Origin: Gemmatimonadota bacterium
Lineage (GTDB): Bacteria > Latescibacterota > UBA2968 > UBA8231
Length of the DNA stretch: 64,000 bases
Assembly: GCA_038153405.1 (NCBI GenBank)
Contig: JAYOYH010000002.1
Span: 123,904 to 187,903, forward strand
Direction of reading: 5' to 3'
The stretch's first letter is position 1; the number at the start of each line of letters is the position of its first letter. A model generated the notes under the pieces. It made no database searches and was not told the DNA's origin. It was given only the letters and a program-made list of their open reading frames with translations. This document shows, piece by piece, positions 55,778 to 64,000 of this stretch. Position numbers and translations under genes: made by a program.

Positions 55778-56677
55778 ATGACTGAAAAACTAGCCCGCGG
55801 CATCTGGCCCGCTCTGGCCACACCCTTCACCGATGATGGGTTGGCCCTCGCCTACGAGCGCGTCGCACCGCTCATTGGCCACCTGCTCGACCAGGGGGCC
55901 AATGGATTCTTTGTCACCGGCGGCACCGGCGAGGGATCCGCCATGCGCGTCGATGAGCGCAAGGCGATGACAGATGCCGCGCTAGCCGCCGTGTCCGGCG
56001 CCGTGCCCCTCATCTTTCAGGTCGGCGCCACGAGCACGGAAAACGCCGTGGAGCTGGCCCGCTACGCCGCAGCGGCCGGCGCCGATGCCGTGGCGTCTGT
56101 CGCCCCTCAAGATCACCCCAACGACCTCCAGGCGGCCGTGCAGCACTACGCGGCCATCGGCGCAGCAACGGACAAGCCGTTCTACGTATACTGGATTGCC
56201 CAGACGGCCGACCGCACGATAACGGCCGAGCAATATCTAGAGGCGATGGATACCGTGCCGAATTTCAGCGGCCTCAAGTTTACCGATTCCAACTTCTACT
56301 TTTTTCAGCGCCTGGTCGATCTGGCCGGCGACCGTCTCAATATGATTTCTGGACCGGATGAGATCTGTTTGGGCGGCATGGTCGCCGGTGCCGATGCGGC
56401 TATCGGCTCTACATACAATATTATGCCCAACCTATTCCTGCGCATGCGACAGCACTTTGAAGCGAGCGAAATGGGCCCGGCTATGCAACTGCAGGCGCGG
56501 GCCAATCGCGTGATATCGATTATGATGCGCTACGGCGTGATTGGCTCCATCAAAGCGCTGCTCGCCATGCGGGGCTTGCCCGTTGGCATTCCCCGTCCAC
56601 CCCATGCCGCTCTCGACGCGGCAGCGCAAACCGCGCTGAGCAGCGAACTGGACGCACTCGGGTTCTCCGTAGAATGA
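55778..56677 (+). CDS. DHDPS / N-acetylneuraminate lyase family aldolase
   Basis: ALATPF, GGTGE, Schiff-base lysine in GLKFT, and NanA-like AIGSTYN. Confidence 0.85.
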   Translation: MTEKLARGIWPALATPFTDDGLALAYERVAPLIGHLLDQGANGFFVTGGTGEGSAMRVDERKAMTDAALAAVSGAVPLIFQVGATSTENAVELARYAAAAGADAVASVAPQDHPNDLQAAVQHYAAIGAATDKPFYVYWIAQTADRTITAEQYLEAMDTVPNFSGLKFTDSNFYFFQRLVDLAGDRLNMISGPDEICLGGMVAGADAAIGSTYNIMPNLFLRMRQHFEASEMGPAMQLQARANRVISIMMRYGVIGSIKALLAMRGLPVGIPRPPHAALDAAAQTALSSELDALGFSVE

Positions 56678-56714
56678 ATAGATTAGCGCGACACGGCGGC
56701 ACCCCGGAGTCCCA

Positions 56715-57836
56715 TTGAGCGCATTTGCGCCCCGGTTCTGCACGCGCCTCTCGACGGGGGCCCGAGTGCGCGCACTTGTCTCGGTTGCGCTGGTCGCCCT
56801 CTCACTCAACCCGCTCTCGGCGCAATCGGATGGACAGCGCGTCGTGCGCACGCGCCAAGAAGTGCTCGAACTGATCGAACGCGCCGGGGCCAGCAAGCCC
56901 GACTGGTGGGACTCGGTGCCGCTGGAATATCCCGAAACGCTCGACCTCAGCTTTCCACACCCTCCTCCTAGCAAAGAGTGGGATCCACGCCTCAACGTCG
57001 GTCAGTTCATGTGGAGCATCATCAATGAGAATGAGAACCGCTTTAGGCAGGGCACCAAGTTTATGCACTTTGTCCTCAAGCGCAACGAGGGCGATCGGCA
57101 GGTCGTAAAGCGCTGCAGCGAGCAGTTGGCCCATTGCTACCACGACCTGCTGCAGGACTGGGCGCGCGCAGCCTATTGGAAGCGCAAGCTTGGGGCAAAA
57201 GACGTGGCGCTGGCCAACTGCTACTGGCAACTGGGGAATAAGGAGATGGCCGTTGGCATTCTCGAATGGATCAAAGTCGACTACTCTCGCTACGGCGGCG
57301 CCATCAAGCTGTGGGCCGATATGGGCGAACTGGAACGCGCCCTCGCACTGGCCGCCGCATCAACCGGCGTCAGAGACTGGGGCGCAGCCCACCGGGCTGC
57401 CGGCGATGCCTATAGGAAGTTTGCGCGCTACGAAGAGGCCGTCGACCACTACCAAAAGGTGCTGGCCGTCAAGTCGAAGAGCGACAACAATCTAATTCTC
57501 GCGCACAACCAAGTGCACGCACGCGTTGCTATTGAAAGCATCCAGCTCTACGAGACCTTCGACCTCAGCAAGGTGCAACCCGGAACCTATGAAGGCAGCG
57601 CACCGGCCTACAACGGCGACCTGCACGTCCGCGCCACCGTCGCGCAAGGGCGCATTGCCGATGTGCAGGTCATCCGCCACACCGAAAAGCAGTTTTACTC
57701 GTCGCTCAGCGACATGCCCGTCAAGGTTATCCGCGCTCAGGACTTTCGCAACGTGGATGCCACGACCGGTGCTACCGTGACGGCCGACGCGATTAAGAGC
57801 GCCGTGGCTAGAGCGCTGGCCCAGGGCAGGCCGTAG
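56715..57836 (+). CDS. Secreted TPR protein with C-terminal FMN-binding (flavinylation) domain
   Basis: Signal peptide, TPR helices, and GTYEG.A..YNG...V...V..G.I....V..H.E ending in VDATTGATVT. Confidence 0.85.
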   Translation: MSAFAPRFCTRLSTGARVRALVSVALVALSLNPLSAQSDGQRVVRTRQEVLELIERAGASKPDWWDSVPLEYPETLDLSFPHPPPSKEWDPRLNVGQFMWSIINENENRFRQGTKFMHFVLKRNEGDRQVVKRCSEQLAHCYHDLLQDWARAAYWKRKLGAKDVALANCYWQLGNKEMAVGILEWIKVDYSRYGGAIKLWADMGELERALALAAASTGVRDWGAAHRAAGDAYRKFARYEEAVDHYQKVLAVKSKSDNNLILAHNQVHARVAIESIQLYETFDLSKVQPGTYEGSAPAYNGDLHVRATVAQGRIADVQVIRHTEKQFYSSLSDMPVKVIRAQDFRNVDATTGATVTADAIKSAVARALAQGRP

Positions 57837-57845
57837 CGAATCCCT

Positions 57846-59663
57846 ATGCGTCTGAACCACTTTCTCGAGAGTGTCCACGCTTCCCGCCGCGCAGGCCTAC
57901 AGCGCCCCACGCTCTATCGCTGGGCGCGCAAATACCTGCCCTCCGCGCTATTCTCTCAGGCGCGAAAGCTCGGATTGGCGCGCAAGGCTCTCGCAGCACT
58001 CGGTCCCTCTTGGCAGCACGCCCCTCTGAGGCGCCTCATACAAACGGCCAGTTTTGCGCTGTTCTTTGCCCTATTTTTCTATACCTGCTGGCCCTATACC
58101 GCCACGCCGAGCGAAACGACGTCAGGCTGGCCTTCACACTACGCCGACGACTTAGTGAGTAAGGAGTGGGTCGAGGCCGAAAGTTTTTTGGCGCTCGATC
58201 CGCTGGTCGGCATTGCGACCAGCATCGCCGATCGAGAGTGGGTATGGGCCCTGACTTGGGCCGGTGCCATACTGGCCCTCTGTGCACTAATTCCGCGTGG
58301 CTTCTGCGGCTACCTGTGTCCATTAGGCACGCTAATCGACCTCTTTGATTGGGCCATTGGCAAGCGCATCGCGCGCTTTCGCAGCAGCGGCCGCGGCGGA
58401 TGGGTGCATCTGAAATACTACCTGCTGGCCGCAATCCTCGTGGCGGCGGCCGGGGGCGTGCTTATCGCCGGCTACGCCGCGGCCATTCCCGTACTTACGC
58501 GCGGCTTTGCCTTTGCGCTGGCGCCGCTTCAGCTAGGGCTGGCCCGTGGATGGTATCAGGTGCCCGACTTCAACGTCGGGCACCTAGTCTCAATCGCTCT
58601 CTTTTTTGGCGTGCTGGCGCTAGGCCTACTGCGGCCTCGCTTCTGGTGTCGCTACGTCTGCCCGACCGGGGCGCTCTTTTCCCTCGGCAACTTCTTTTTC
58701 CGCGTTAGCGAACGAAAAGTGGAGACGTCGTGTATCGACTGCGGCCTGTGCGTCGAAGCCTGTCCCTTTGACGCCATCAAAGAAGACTTTACTACGCGCA
58801 CGTTAGACTGCACACTGTGTCAAACCTGCGGCGGCAGCTGTCCGACCAAAGCCATTAAATTCGTCGAACGCTGGAACACCACGCACTTGAAAGCCGACGA
58901 CGACGAGCGCGAAGTGCCGCTGTCGCGCCGGGGCTTTCTCGCAGCTGCGTTCGGCGGTATTGTGACATCCATCGGCGTGGGGGCGCACGGAACCGATGGC
59001 CCCATCCCCGTCCGCCCTCCTATGAGCGTGCCTGAAGACGCCTTTCTCGATCTGTGTATACGCTGTGGCGCCTGCTTTAAGGCGTGTCCGAACTCCGTAC
59101 TGCAGGCTATGAGCTTTGAAGGCGGTCTGGATGCGCTGTGGACACCGAAAGTAGTGGCCAACTGGTCGGGCTGCGATCCAAGCTGCAATAACTGCGGGCA
59201 GGTCTGCCCAACGGGAGCCATTCGCGCGCTGCCCTTGGAAGAAAAGAAAGTGGCGCGTATGGGGTTGGCTGAAGTGGAGCCCCACTGCCTGCCCCTGGCG
59301 GGAAAAGAGCCGTGCCAACTGTGCGTCGACGAATGTGCGGCAGCCGGCTACGACGCCATCGAGTTTGAGTTGGTCCACCCACAGCTAGATGATCAAGGCA
59401 TGCCGATAGAGGGAACGGGCTTTGCGGCACCGGTCGTCGTAGCCGATCGCTGCGTGGGATGCGGCCTGTGCCAGAGTGCCTGCTACCGCATCAACACAAA
59501 AAGCCGAAGCGTGCTGCACGCATCGGCTATCGTCGTCTATGCTGGACCGGGCAAAGAGGACCGCATAGCAGAGGGCACCTATACGGAACTGCGCCGCCGG
59601 GAGGACGAGCAGCGCCGCACCCGACGACGCGAGGCATTGGACGAGTTAGGCGATTTTTACTAA
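57846..59663 (+). CDS. Membrane polyferredoxin (NapH/MauN-like fused to MauM/NapG-like ferredoxin)
   Basis: TM domain with FCGYLCP.G and FWCRYVCP.G, several CxxCxxCxxxCP motifs, internal SRRGFL, and RPP...E..F...CIRCG.C. Confidence 0.88.
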   Translation: MRLNHFLESVHASRRAGLQRPTLYRWARKYLPSALFSQARKLGLARKALAALGPSWQHAPLRRLIQTASFALFFALFFYTCWPYTATPSETTSGWPSHYADDLVSKEWVEAESFLALDPLVGIATSIADREWVWALTWAGAILALCALIPRGFCGYLCPLGTLIDLFDWAIGKRIARFRSSGRGGWVHLKYYLLAAILVAAAGGVLIAGYAAAIPVLTRGFAFALAPLQLGLARGWYQVPDFNVGHLVSIALFFGVLALGLLRPRFWCRYVCPTGALFSLGNFFFRVSERKVETSCIDCGLCVEACPFDAIKEDFTTRTLDCTLCQTCGGSCPTKAIKFVERWNTTHLKADDDEREVPLSRRGFLAAAFGGIVTSIGVGAHGTDGPIPVRPPMSVPEDAFLDLCIRCGACFKACPNSVLQAMSFEGGLDALWTPKVVANWSGCDPSCNNCGQVCPTGAIRALPLEEKKVARMGLAEVEPHCLPLAGKEPCQLCVDECAAAGYDAIEFELVHPQLDDQGMPIEGTGFAAPVVVADRCVGCGLCQSACYRINTKSRSVLHASAIVVYAGPGKEDRIAEGTYTELRRREDEQRRTRRREALDELGDFY

Positions 59664-59664
59664 G

Positions 59665-59718
59665 TCCACGGCGGTCGCCTGCCACCGTAACCATCCGGTG
59701 GTAAGCAACCGCCGTGGA
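59665..59718. repeat. Long GC-rich inverted repeat between convergent genes
   Basis: TCCACGGCGGTCGCCTGCCACCG ... CGGTGGTAAGCAACCGCCGTGGA (~23-bp arms), without a U tract. Confidence 0.7.
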
Positions 59719-59723
59719 GGCCC

Positions 59724-60548
59724 TCAATCGAAAAAGGCGTAGCTCAGCCCAACGGCAATAGCCTCTTTGACCTGCGTTTTTTCGCTGGCCGTTGCATCGT
59801 CTACAATCTGCACGTTGAGGTTGATGGTCACGTATTTCCCCGCCTTTATCGACACGATGTTGTCAAAGCTGATGGACGTTTCACCTAGCGCCTTCAGCGG
59901 CGCAAACACCTCCAGCTTGGAGCTCAAAAGCGTGGTCTCGTTTACGGACCACTCTATTTCGACGACCGATTCAAGACCGCCATCAAACTTGCTCTTCTCT
60001 ACTTTGGCCGTTCCCGCATCGTCGGAGAAACTGGTGTATTCGCGCGTAAAAATCTCGCGCATGGCCAACCCTGCACGCGTTTTCACTTCGGGAATAACCT
60101 GATATCCGAAGCCGGCACTCTGCGTGAGGTAGGCCGGGTCAAAGAATTGGGATATGCCAACCGCAACGGGGCCGCCATAGTTATAGCCGCGAGCGAACTG
60201 CGTCTTGAACGTAGCGCCGACATAGGGATTGACATAGGTGCCCACCTTGTAGGTCAGCGTCGTTCCCAGAGCGATTTTATCGTCCGTTTTGCGGATGTCT
60301 TGTTCTCCTAACTTACTCTGGCCAAATGCAAATTTATAGGTACTATTCCAGTCTATTTTATTGCGCACATAGGTAGAATTGCCGTTCATCGTCAGCGTCC
60401 AAGCCAGCGCATTTTCACCGCCTGGCGCCCAGTCTTTTAACGCGACCTGAGTCAGATTTACAGCGCCAGTCATCGCGTGCTTCCACGGCGTCTGCTCGGC
60501 CCCAAGCGTTCCACATAGCGCAAAAAACACCAGAATCACTCTCTTCAT
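59724..60548 (-). CDS. DUF3078-like outer-membrane beta-barrel protein
   Basis: Signal peptide, NLTQ....W..GGE, RKTDD.I, FKTQF..GY, FFDPAYL and terminal GLSYAF. Confidence 0.8.
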   Translation of the reverse strand: MKRVILVFFALCGTLGAEQTPWKHAMTGAVNLTQVALKDWAPGGENALAWTLTMNGNSTYVRNKIDWNSTYKFAFGQSKLGEQDIRKTDDKIALGTTLTYKVGTYVNPYVGATFKTQFARGYNYGGPVAVGISQFFDPAYLTQSAGFGYQVIPEVKTRAGLAMREIFTREYTSFSDDAGTAKVEKSKFDGGLESVVEIEWSVNETTLLSSKLEVFAPLKALGETSISFDNIVSIKAGKYVTINLNVQIVDDATASEKTQVKEAIAVGLSYAFFD

Positions 60549-60684
60549 CCTTGCCTCCCATTGGCATTTGATATGAATCATACCTACTCTTGTATCAGTA
60601 GAGTATACCTTTAATGCGCGCTTAGGAAATACGCGTCCACCGAGCGGTCTCGCTCAGACAGAGAACGCGATTGAGCACACGCAT

Positions 60685-61278
60685 ATGTCATCTCCTATCG
60701 ACGCCGACATCCTGCACATAACGGATTTTTTACCAGCAGAAGAACGTCTGTGCGCCTTTGGCCAACTGCGCGAAGATATCCCCTGGGAACAGCATGTCGT
60801 GCGGCTATTCGGCCGTTCTCATCCAGCTCCGCGCCTCTCTTCGTGGCACGGCGACACAGGTGCCGCCTACGCCTATTCCGGCCTGCGACTCGAGCCGCGC
60901 GCCTGGACACCGCTGCTAAACGACTTGCGTCAGCGCATTAGCCAACGCATCGACGCCCCCTTCAACTGCGCCCTGCTCAATTACTACCGCGACGGGAGCG
61001 ACAGCATGGGATGGCACAGCGACGACGAGCCCGAGTTGGGACGCAATCCCTGCATCGCCTCGCTCAGCCTAGGCGCGGCGCGCCGCTTCCTCCTGCGCCA
61101 CAAGAGACGGCGCGACGTAGCGACCTGCCAATACCTGCTTGGCGACGGCGACCTGTTTGTTATGCGCGGCACTACGCAGCACAATTGGAAACACCAAATT
61201 CCCAAAACACAGCGCCCCGTTGGAGAGCGCATCAATATCACATTTCGCTATATATCTTCTGAAGAGGATACGCGATGA
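60685..61278 (+). CDS. alkB: AlkB-family alpha-ketoglutarate-dependent dioxygenase (ALKBH2/3-like)
   Basis: PRL..W.G, FN..LLNYYRDG.DSMGWHSDDE, ASLSLGA.R.F, WKHQIPK and RINITFR. Confidence 0.9.
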   Translation: MSSPIDADILHITDFLPAEERLCAFGQLREDIPWEQHVVRLFGRSHPAPRLSSWHGDTGAAYAYSGLRLEPRAWTPLLNDLRQRISQRIDAPFNCALLNYYRDGSDSMGWHSDDEPELGRNPCIASLSLGAARRFLLRHKRRRDVATCQYLLGDGDLFVMRGTTQHNWKHQIPKTQRPVGERINITFRYISSEEDTR

Positions 61279-62237
61279 TTACGCGCTTGGCCGTTGTGGG
61301 CTGTGGACAGATCGCCGAAGCGCACTGCAAGGCCATTGCCGCCCTGGCACAGGCAGAGCTACACACTGCGGTCGATTCGGACCTAGACCGAGCACGCGAC
61401 ACGGCCCAGCGCCACGGCGCTCCGCACACCACCGCCGACTACGGCGACGTTTTGCAGGATGGCGATATCGATGCCGTCGTGCTCTGCCTGCCGCACGACC
61501 TGCACGCCCCCTTTGCCATCCGCGCAGCCGAGGCCGGCAAACACATTTTGGTAGAAAAACCCATGGCACTCCATGAGCACGAGGCGCAAGCGATGGTCGA
61601 TGCAGCGGAAGCGCGCGGCGTTCAGCTATCGATTGGCCAGTCGAGTCGCTGCATACCGTCCTATTGGAAAGCGCGAGAGATCATAGCCTCTGGGGCCATC
61701 GGTCGCGTCGTCAACGTCCTCCATCAGCGTTTGCACTATATAGAAGCGCTGTCGACCGACTGGCGCCGCGACCTCGACGCGTGCGGCGGTCTCTACCTGC
61801 CCATCTTTGGCAGCCACGACATCGATGCGATCTTGTGGATACTAGGCGCGCTGCCGCGCCGCATTTGGAGCAGTTTGCTCAGCTCAGGGCATCTATCTGC
61901 CGGCGACAGCGACGGCGTCGTGGGCATGGAGTTGGCCAGCGGCGCCATCGCCTCGCTGACTTTTGCCCTGCGCTGCAGGCATCAACGCCTTGAGACGCTC
62001 TTTGTCGGGGAAAGGGGCCATCTGCGCTTAGAGCGCAACGCCGTATGGCTCAACGGCGAAGCGGTGGAACTAGATACCAGCGAAGAAGCCTTCACTCGGC
62101 AGATGCGCCTCTTTGTCGAAGCGCTGCAGGCCGGCAGTGCCGTGCCGGCTTGCGGTCGAGAGGTGCTCGCCGTAGTGCGTGCCATAGAGCTAGCGCGGCG
62201 CGCACATACCAGCGGCCAAGCACAGTGCTTTAAATAA
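61275..62237 (+). CDS. Gfo/Idh/MocA family oxidoreductase
   Basis: VVGCGQIA..H, DIDAV, GKHILVEKPM and GG......HDID. Confidence 0.9.
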   Translation: MITRLAVVGCGQIAEAHCKAIAALAQAELHTAVDSDLDRARDTAQRHGAPHTTADYGDVLQDGDIDAVVLCLPHDLHAPFAIRAAEAGKHILVEKPMALHEHEAQAMVDAAEARGVQLSIGQSSRCIPSYWKAREIIASGAIGRVVNVLHQRLHYIEALSTDWRRDLDACGGLYLPIFGSHDIDAILWILGALPRRIWSSLLSSGHLSAGDSDGVVGMELASGAIASLTFALRCRHQRLETLFVGERGHLRLERNAVWLNGEAVELDTSEEAFTRQMRLFVEALQAGSAVPACGREVLAVVRAIELARRAHTSGQAQCFK

Positions 62238-62261
62238 TTTAACCCCATCCATGACGGAGCT

Positions 62262-63623
62262 ATGTCCGAAGAAACGATCAACATCCTCGTAGTTTCTCAG
62301 CGCCAGCAAATTGTTCAGCGCATGCAGAACCTCTTTGCCAGCAAGCATATCGCCATCTCCTGGGAAAGACGCATTGACCGCGTGTTGGATTTATTCGAAC
62401 GGGAAGCGTACGATGTATTGCTCATTACCGATGCCATCGTCCAAGGCGGCACGGTAGAGAGCATCGAAGTGCTGGAAATACTAGCCGACCAGTCTCCAGC
62501 TACAAACGTGCTCCTACTCGTCGACCCCGGCAATATCGAGATCGTGCGCACTGCCCTACAGGCAGGCACATACCAGTATATAAAGCAGCCGGTCGGCGAC
62601 CAAGAGCTGCGCATGATGGTGGAAACAGCAATCAGCCAGCGCCCGCGCTACGCGGATAACTTACTGCTAAAAACGCAGGCTTCCGGCGTAACGCAGGCCG
62701 AGTTAATCGGCGAATCCTCTGCTATGCAGGAAGTCTATCGCCAAATTCAGCAGGCAGCCTCAACCGATATACCGGTTCTCCTCCTCGGCGAGACCGGAAC
62801 GGGGAAAGATCTCGTCGCTCAAGCCATTCACCAACAGAGCGAGCGACGCCAGTCCACCTACATACCAATCAACGTTGCTGCGTTGCCCAGCGAACTGACG
62901 GCCAGCGAACTCTTTGGCCACGAAAAGGGCGCTTTCACCGGCGCCAGCGAGCAACGCCTGGGCATCTTTGAGCTGGCCCATCACGGCACGGTATTCCTAG
63001 ACGAAATTGGCAGCATTGACGAACGCACCCAAGTCAGCCTCCTGCGCCTAATCGAACAAAAGCGCTTTCACCGACTCGGCGGGCGCCGCCAGGTCAACAC
63101 CAACGTGCGCCTTATCGCCGCCACCAATGCCCACCTAGCTACGCTGGTTCAGTCCGGTGCATTTCGCGAAGACCTATTTTTTCGCTTAGACGTATTTCAC
63201 ATCGAACTTCCGCCGCTGCGCGAGCGCACGGGCGATATCCCCCTCCTACTGGATGCCTTCCTCAAACGCTTTAACGCGCTCTTCGATAAGGATATCCACA
63301 CCCTATCACCAGAGTGTCAGAGCGCCTTGGATTCCTACCCCTGGCCTGGCAATATCCGCGAACTGAAAAACGTCATACAACGCGCCGTGCTCATTTGCCC
63401 CGGTAAGACGCTGCGCGCAGAGCACCTTCCCGCGCGTTTCCAGTCCGCAGATAAAAAGCCTAGCGTCTCGTTTGAAATTGGGACTTCGCTTTCGACCATA
63501 GAGCGCGATATGATCGTCCACACCTTGCGGTTCACCCATAACAATCGCCTGCAGGCAGCCCGCCTTCTCGGCATTAGCCGGCGAACGCTATACAATAAAA
63601 TCGCGCGTTACAATCTCGAATAA
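62262..63623 (+). CDS. Sigma-54-dependent transcriptional activator (NtrC-like) with atypical receiver domain
   Basis: GETGTGK, SELFGHEKGAFTGA, FLDEI, FREDLFFRL, WPGNIREL and a Fis-type HTH. Confidence 0.93.
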   Translation: MSEETINILVVSQRQQIVQRMQNLFASKHIAISWERRIDRVLDLFEREAYDVLLITDAIVQGGTVESIEVLEILADQSPATNVLLLVDPGNIEIVRTALQAGTYQYIKQPVGDQELRMMVETAISQRPRYADNLLLKTQASGVTQAELIGESSAMQEVYRQIQQAASTDIPVLLLGETGTGKDLVAQAIHQQSERRQSTYIPINVAALPSELTASELFGHEKGAFTGASEQRLGIFELAHHGTVFLDEIGSIDERTQVSLLRLIEQKRFHRLGGRRQVNTNVRLIAATNAHLATLVQSGAFREDLFFRLDVFHIELPPLRERTGDIPLLLDAFLKRFNALFDKDIHTLSPECQSALDSYPWPGNIRELKNVIQRAVLICPGKTLRAEHLPARFQSADKKPSVSFEIGTSLSTIERDMIVHTLRFTHNNRLQAARLLGISRRTLYNKIARYNLE

Positions 63624-63865
63624 CATGCAATATGTATAAAATCCGCACGTTTCTTATTTGACTTAAATAAAATAATTACAATTATTTATGTGAATTATTT
63701 TGCACGCCTCCAGGCTCGACTGTGCAATATATGTACACCTCTCGCAGCACATCAGCCCCTATCAATGTAAATTTTTTGCACATCCGCAAAAAATGCAGTA
63801 GTCCGCTCAACATAGTGATCAAACTAAGTTTCTTATTTACAATAATTTAAAAAAGACAACCTCCT

Positions 63866-63882
63866 TGGGACCTGCTTTTGCT
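63866..63882 (+). promoter_or_regulatory. Candidate sigma-54 (-24/-12) promoter
   Basis: TGGGACCTGCTTTTGCT gives GG(63868-9)-N10-GC(63880-1) with TTGC, about 70 nt upstream of metK. The -24 flank is an imperfect match. Confidence 0.5.
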
Positions 63883-63949
63883 AAGGTAGGTTCTATTCCT
63901 ATTACACATCGTTTTCACAACCGCACAGTGGAAGGATACAGCTATTTCT

Positions 63950-64000
63950 ATGTCGCGTTATTTGTTCACATCGGAATCGGTTTCGGAAGGGCATCCGGAC
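63950..64000 (+). CDS. metK: S-adenosylmethionine synthetase, first 17 codons (truncated by window edge; absent from the ORF track)
   Basis: Translates to MSRYLFTSESVSEGHPD, the hallmark FTSESVxEGHPD start of MetK. GAAGGA lies upstream. Confidence 0.93.
   Translation, partial: MSRYLFTSESVSEGHPD

Noticed and set aside
63624..63949. SAM-I riboswitch or CRISPR-like repeats upstream of metK
   Set aside because: No S-box core. The repeats are short, degenerate and irregularly spaced, and there are no cas genes.

Overview
GC-rich bacterial chromosomal segment of about 55 genes. The abundance of Gfo/Idh/MocA, sulfatase, enolase-superfamily, PhyH, CBM9 and TonB genes suggests an uncultured diderm heterotroph such as Ca. 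Latescibacterota; this is inference only. No rRNA, tRNA, CRISPR array, transposase or phage gene was recognised. Housekeeping genes: pgi-like, gnd, aroA, rarA, gdhA, coaX, lipA, mnmG, dusB-like, alkB-like and the first 17 codons of metK. The most notable locus is 36.7-46.0 kb, a cobalamin methyl-transfer operon divergent from a FadR regulator, with a TGGTCTGACCA palindrome inside the predicted promoter spacer. It encodes an unknown protein with two FxCGHxH repeats, an MtaA/CmuA-type methyltransferase, a corrinoid protein, a RamA/RACo activator with an extra Cys domain, a MetF-MetV-like fusion, a pterin-binding methyltransferase, a homocysteine methyltransferase and a Virulence_fact-type protein that overlaps mnmG. 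Together these look like a split methionine synthase plus a demethylation input for an unknown substrate. Other points of interest are a TPP riboswitch with a readable terminator/antiterminator ahead of a TonB receptor, an AT-rich three-gene glycosylation islet (25.1-28.35 kb), a TPR-FMN-binding protein paired with a membrane polyferredoxin, and an atypical sigma-54 activator next to candidate enhancer sites upstream of metK. All product calls come from motif recognition by eye, not from database searches.
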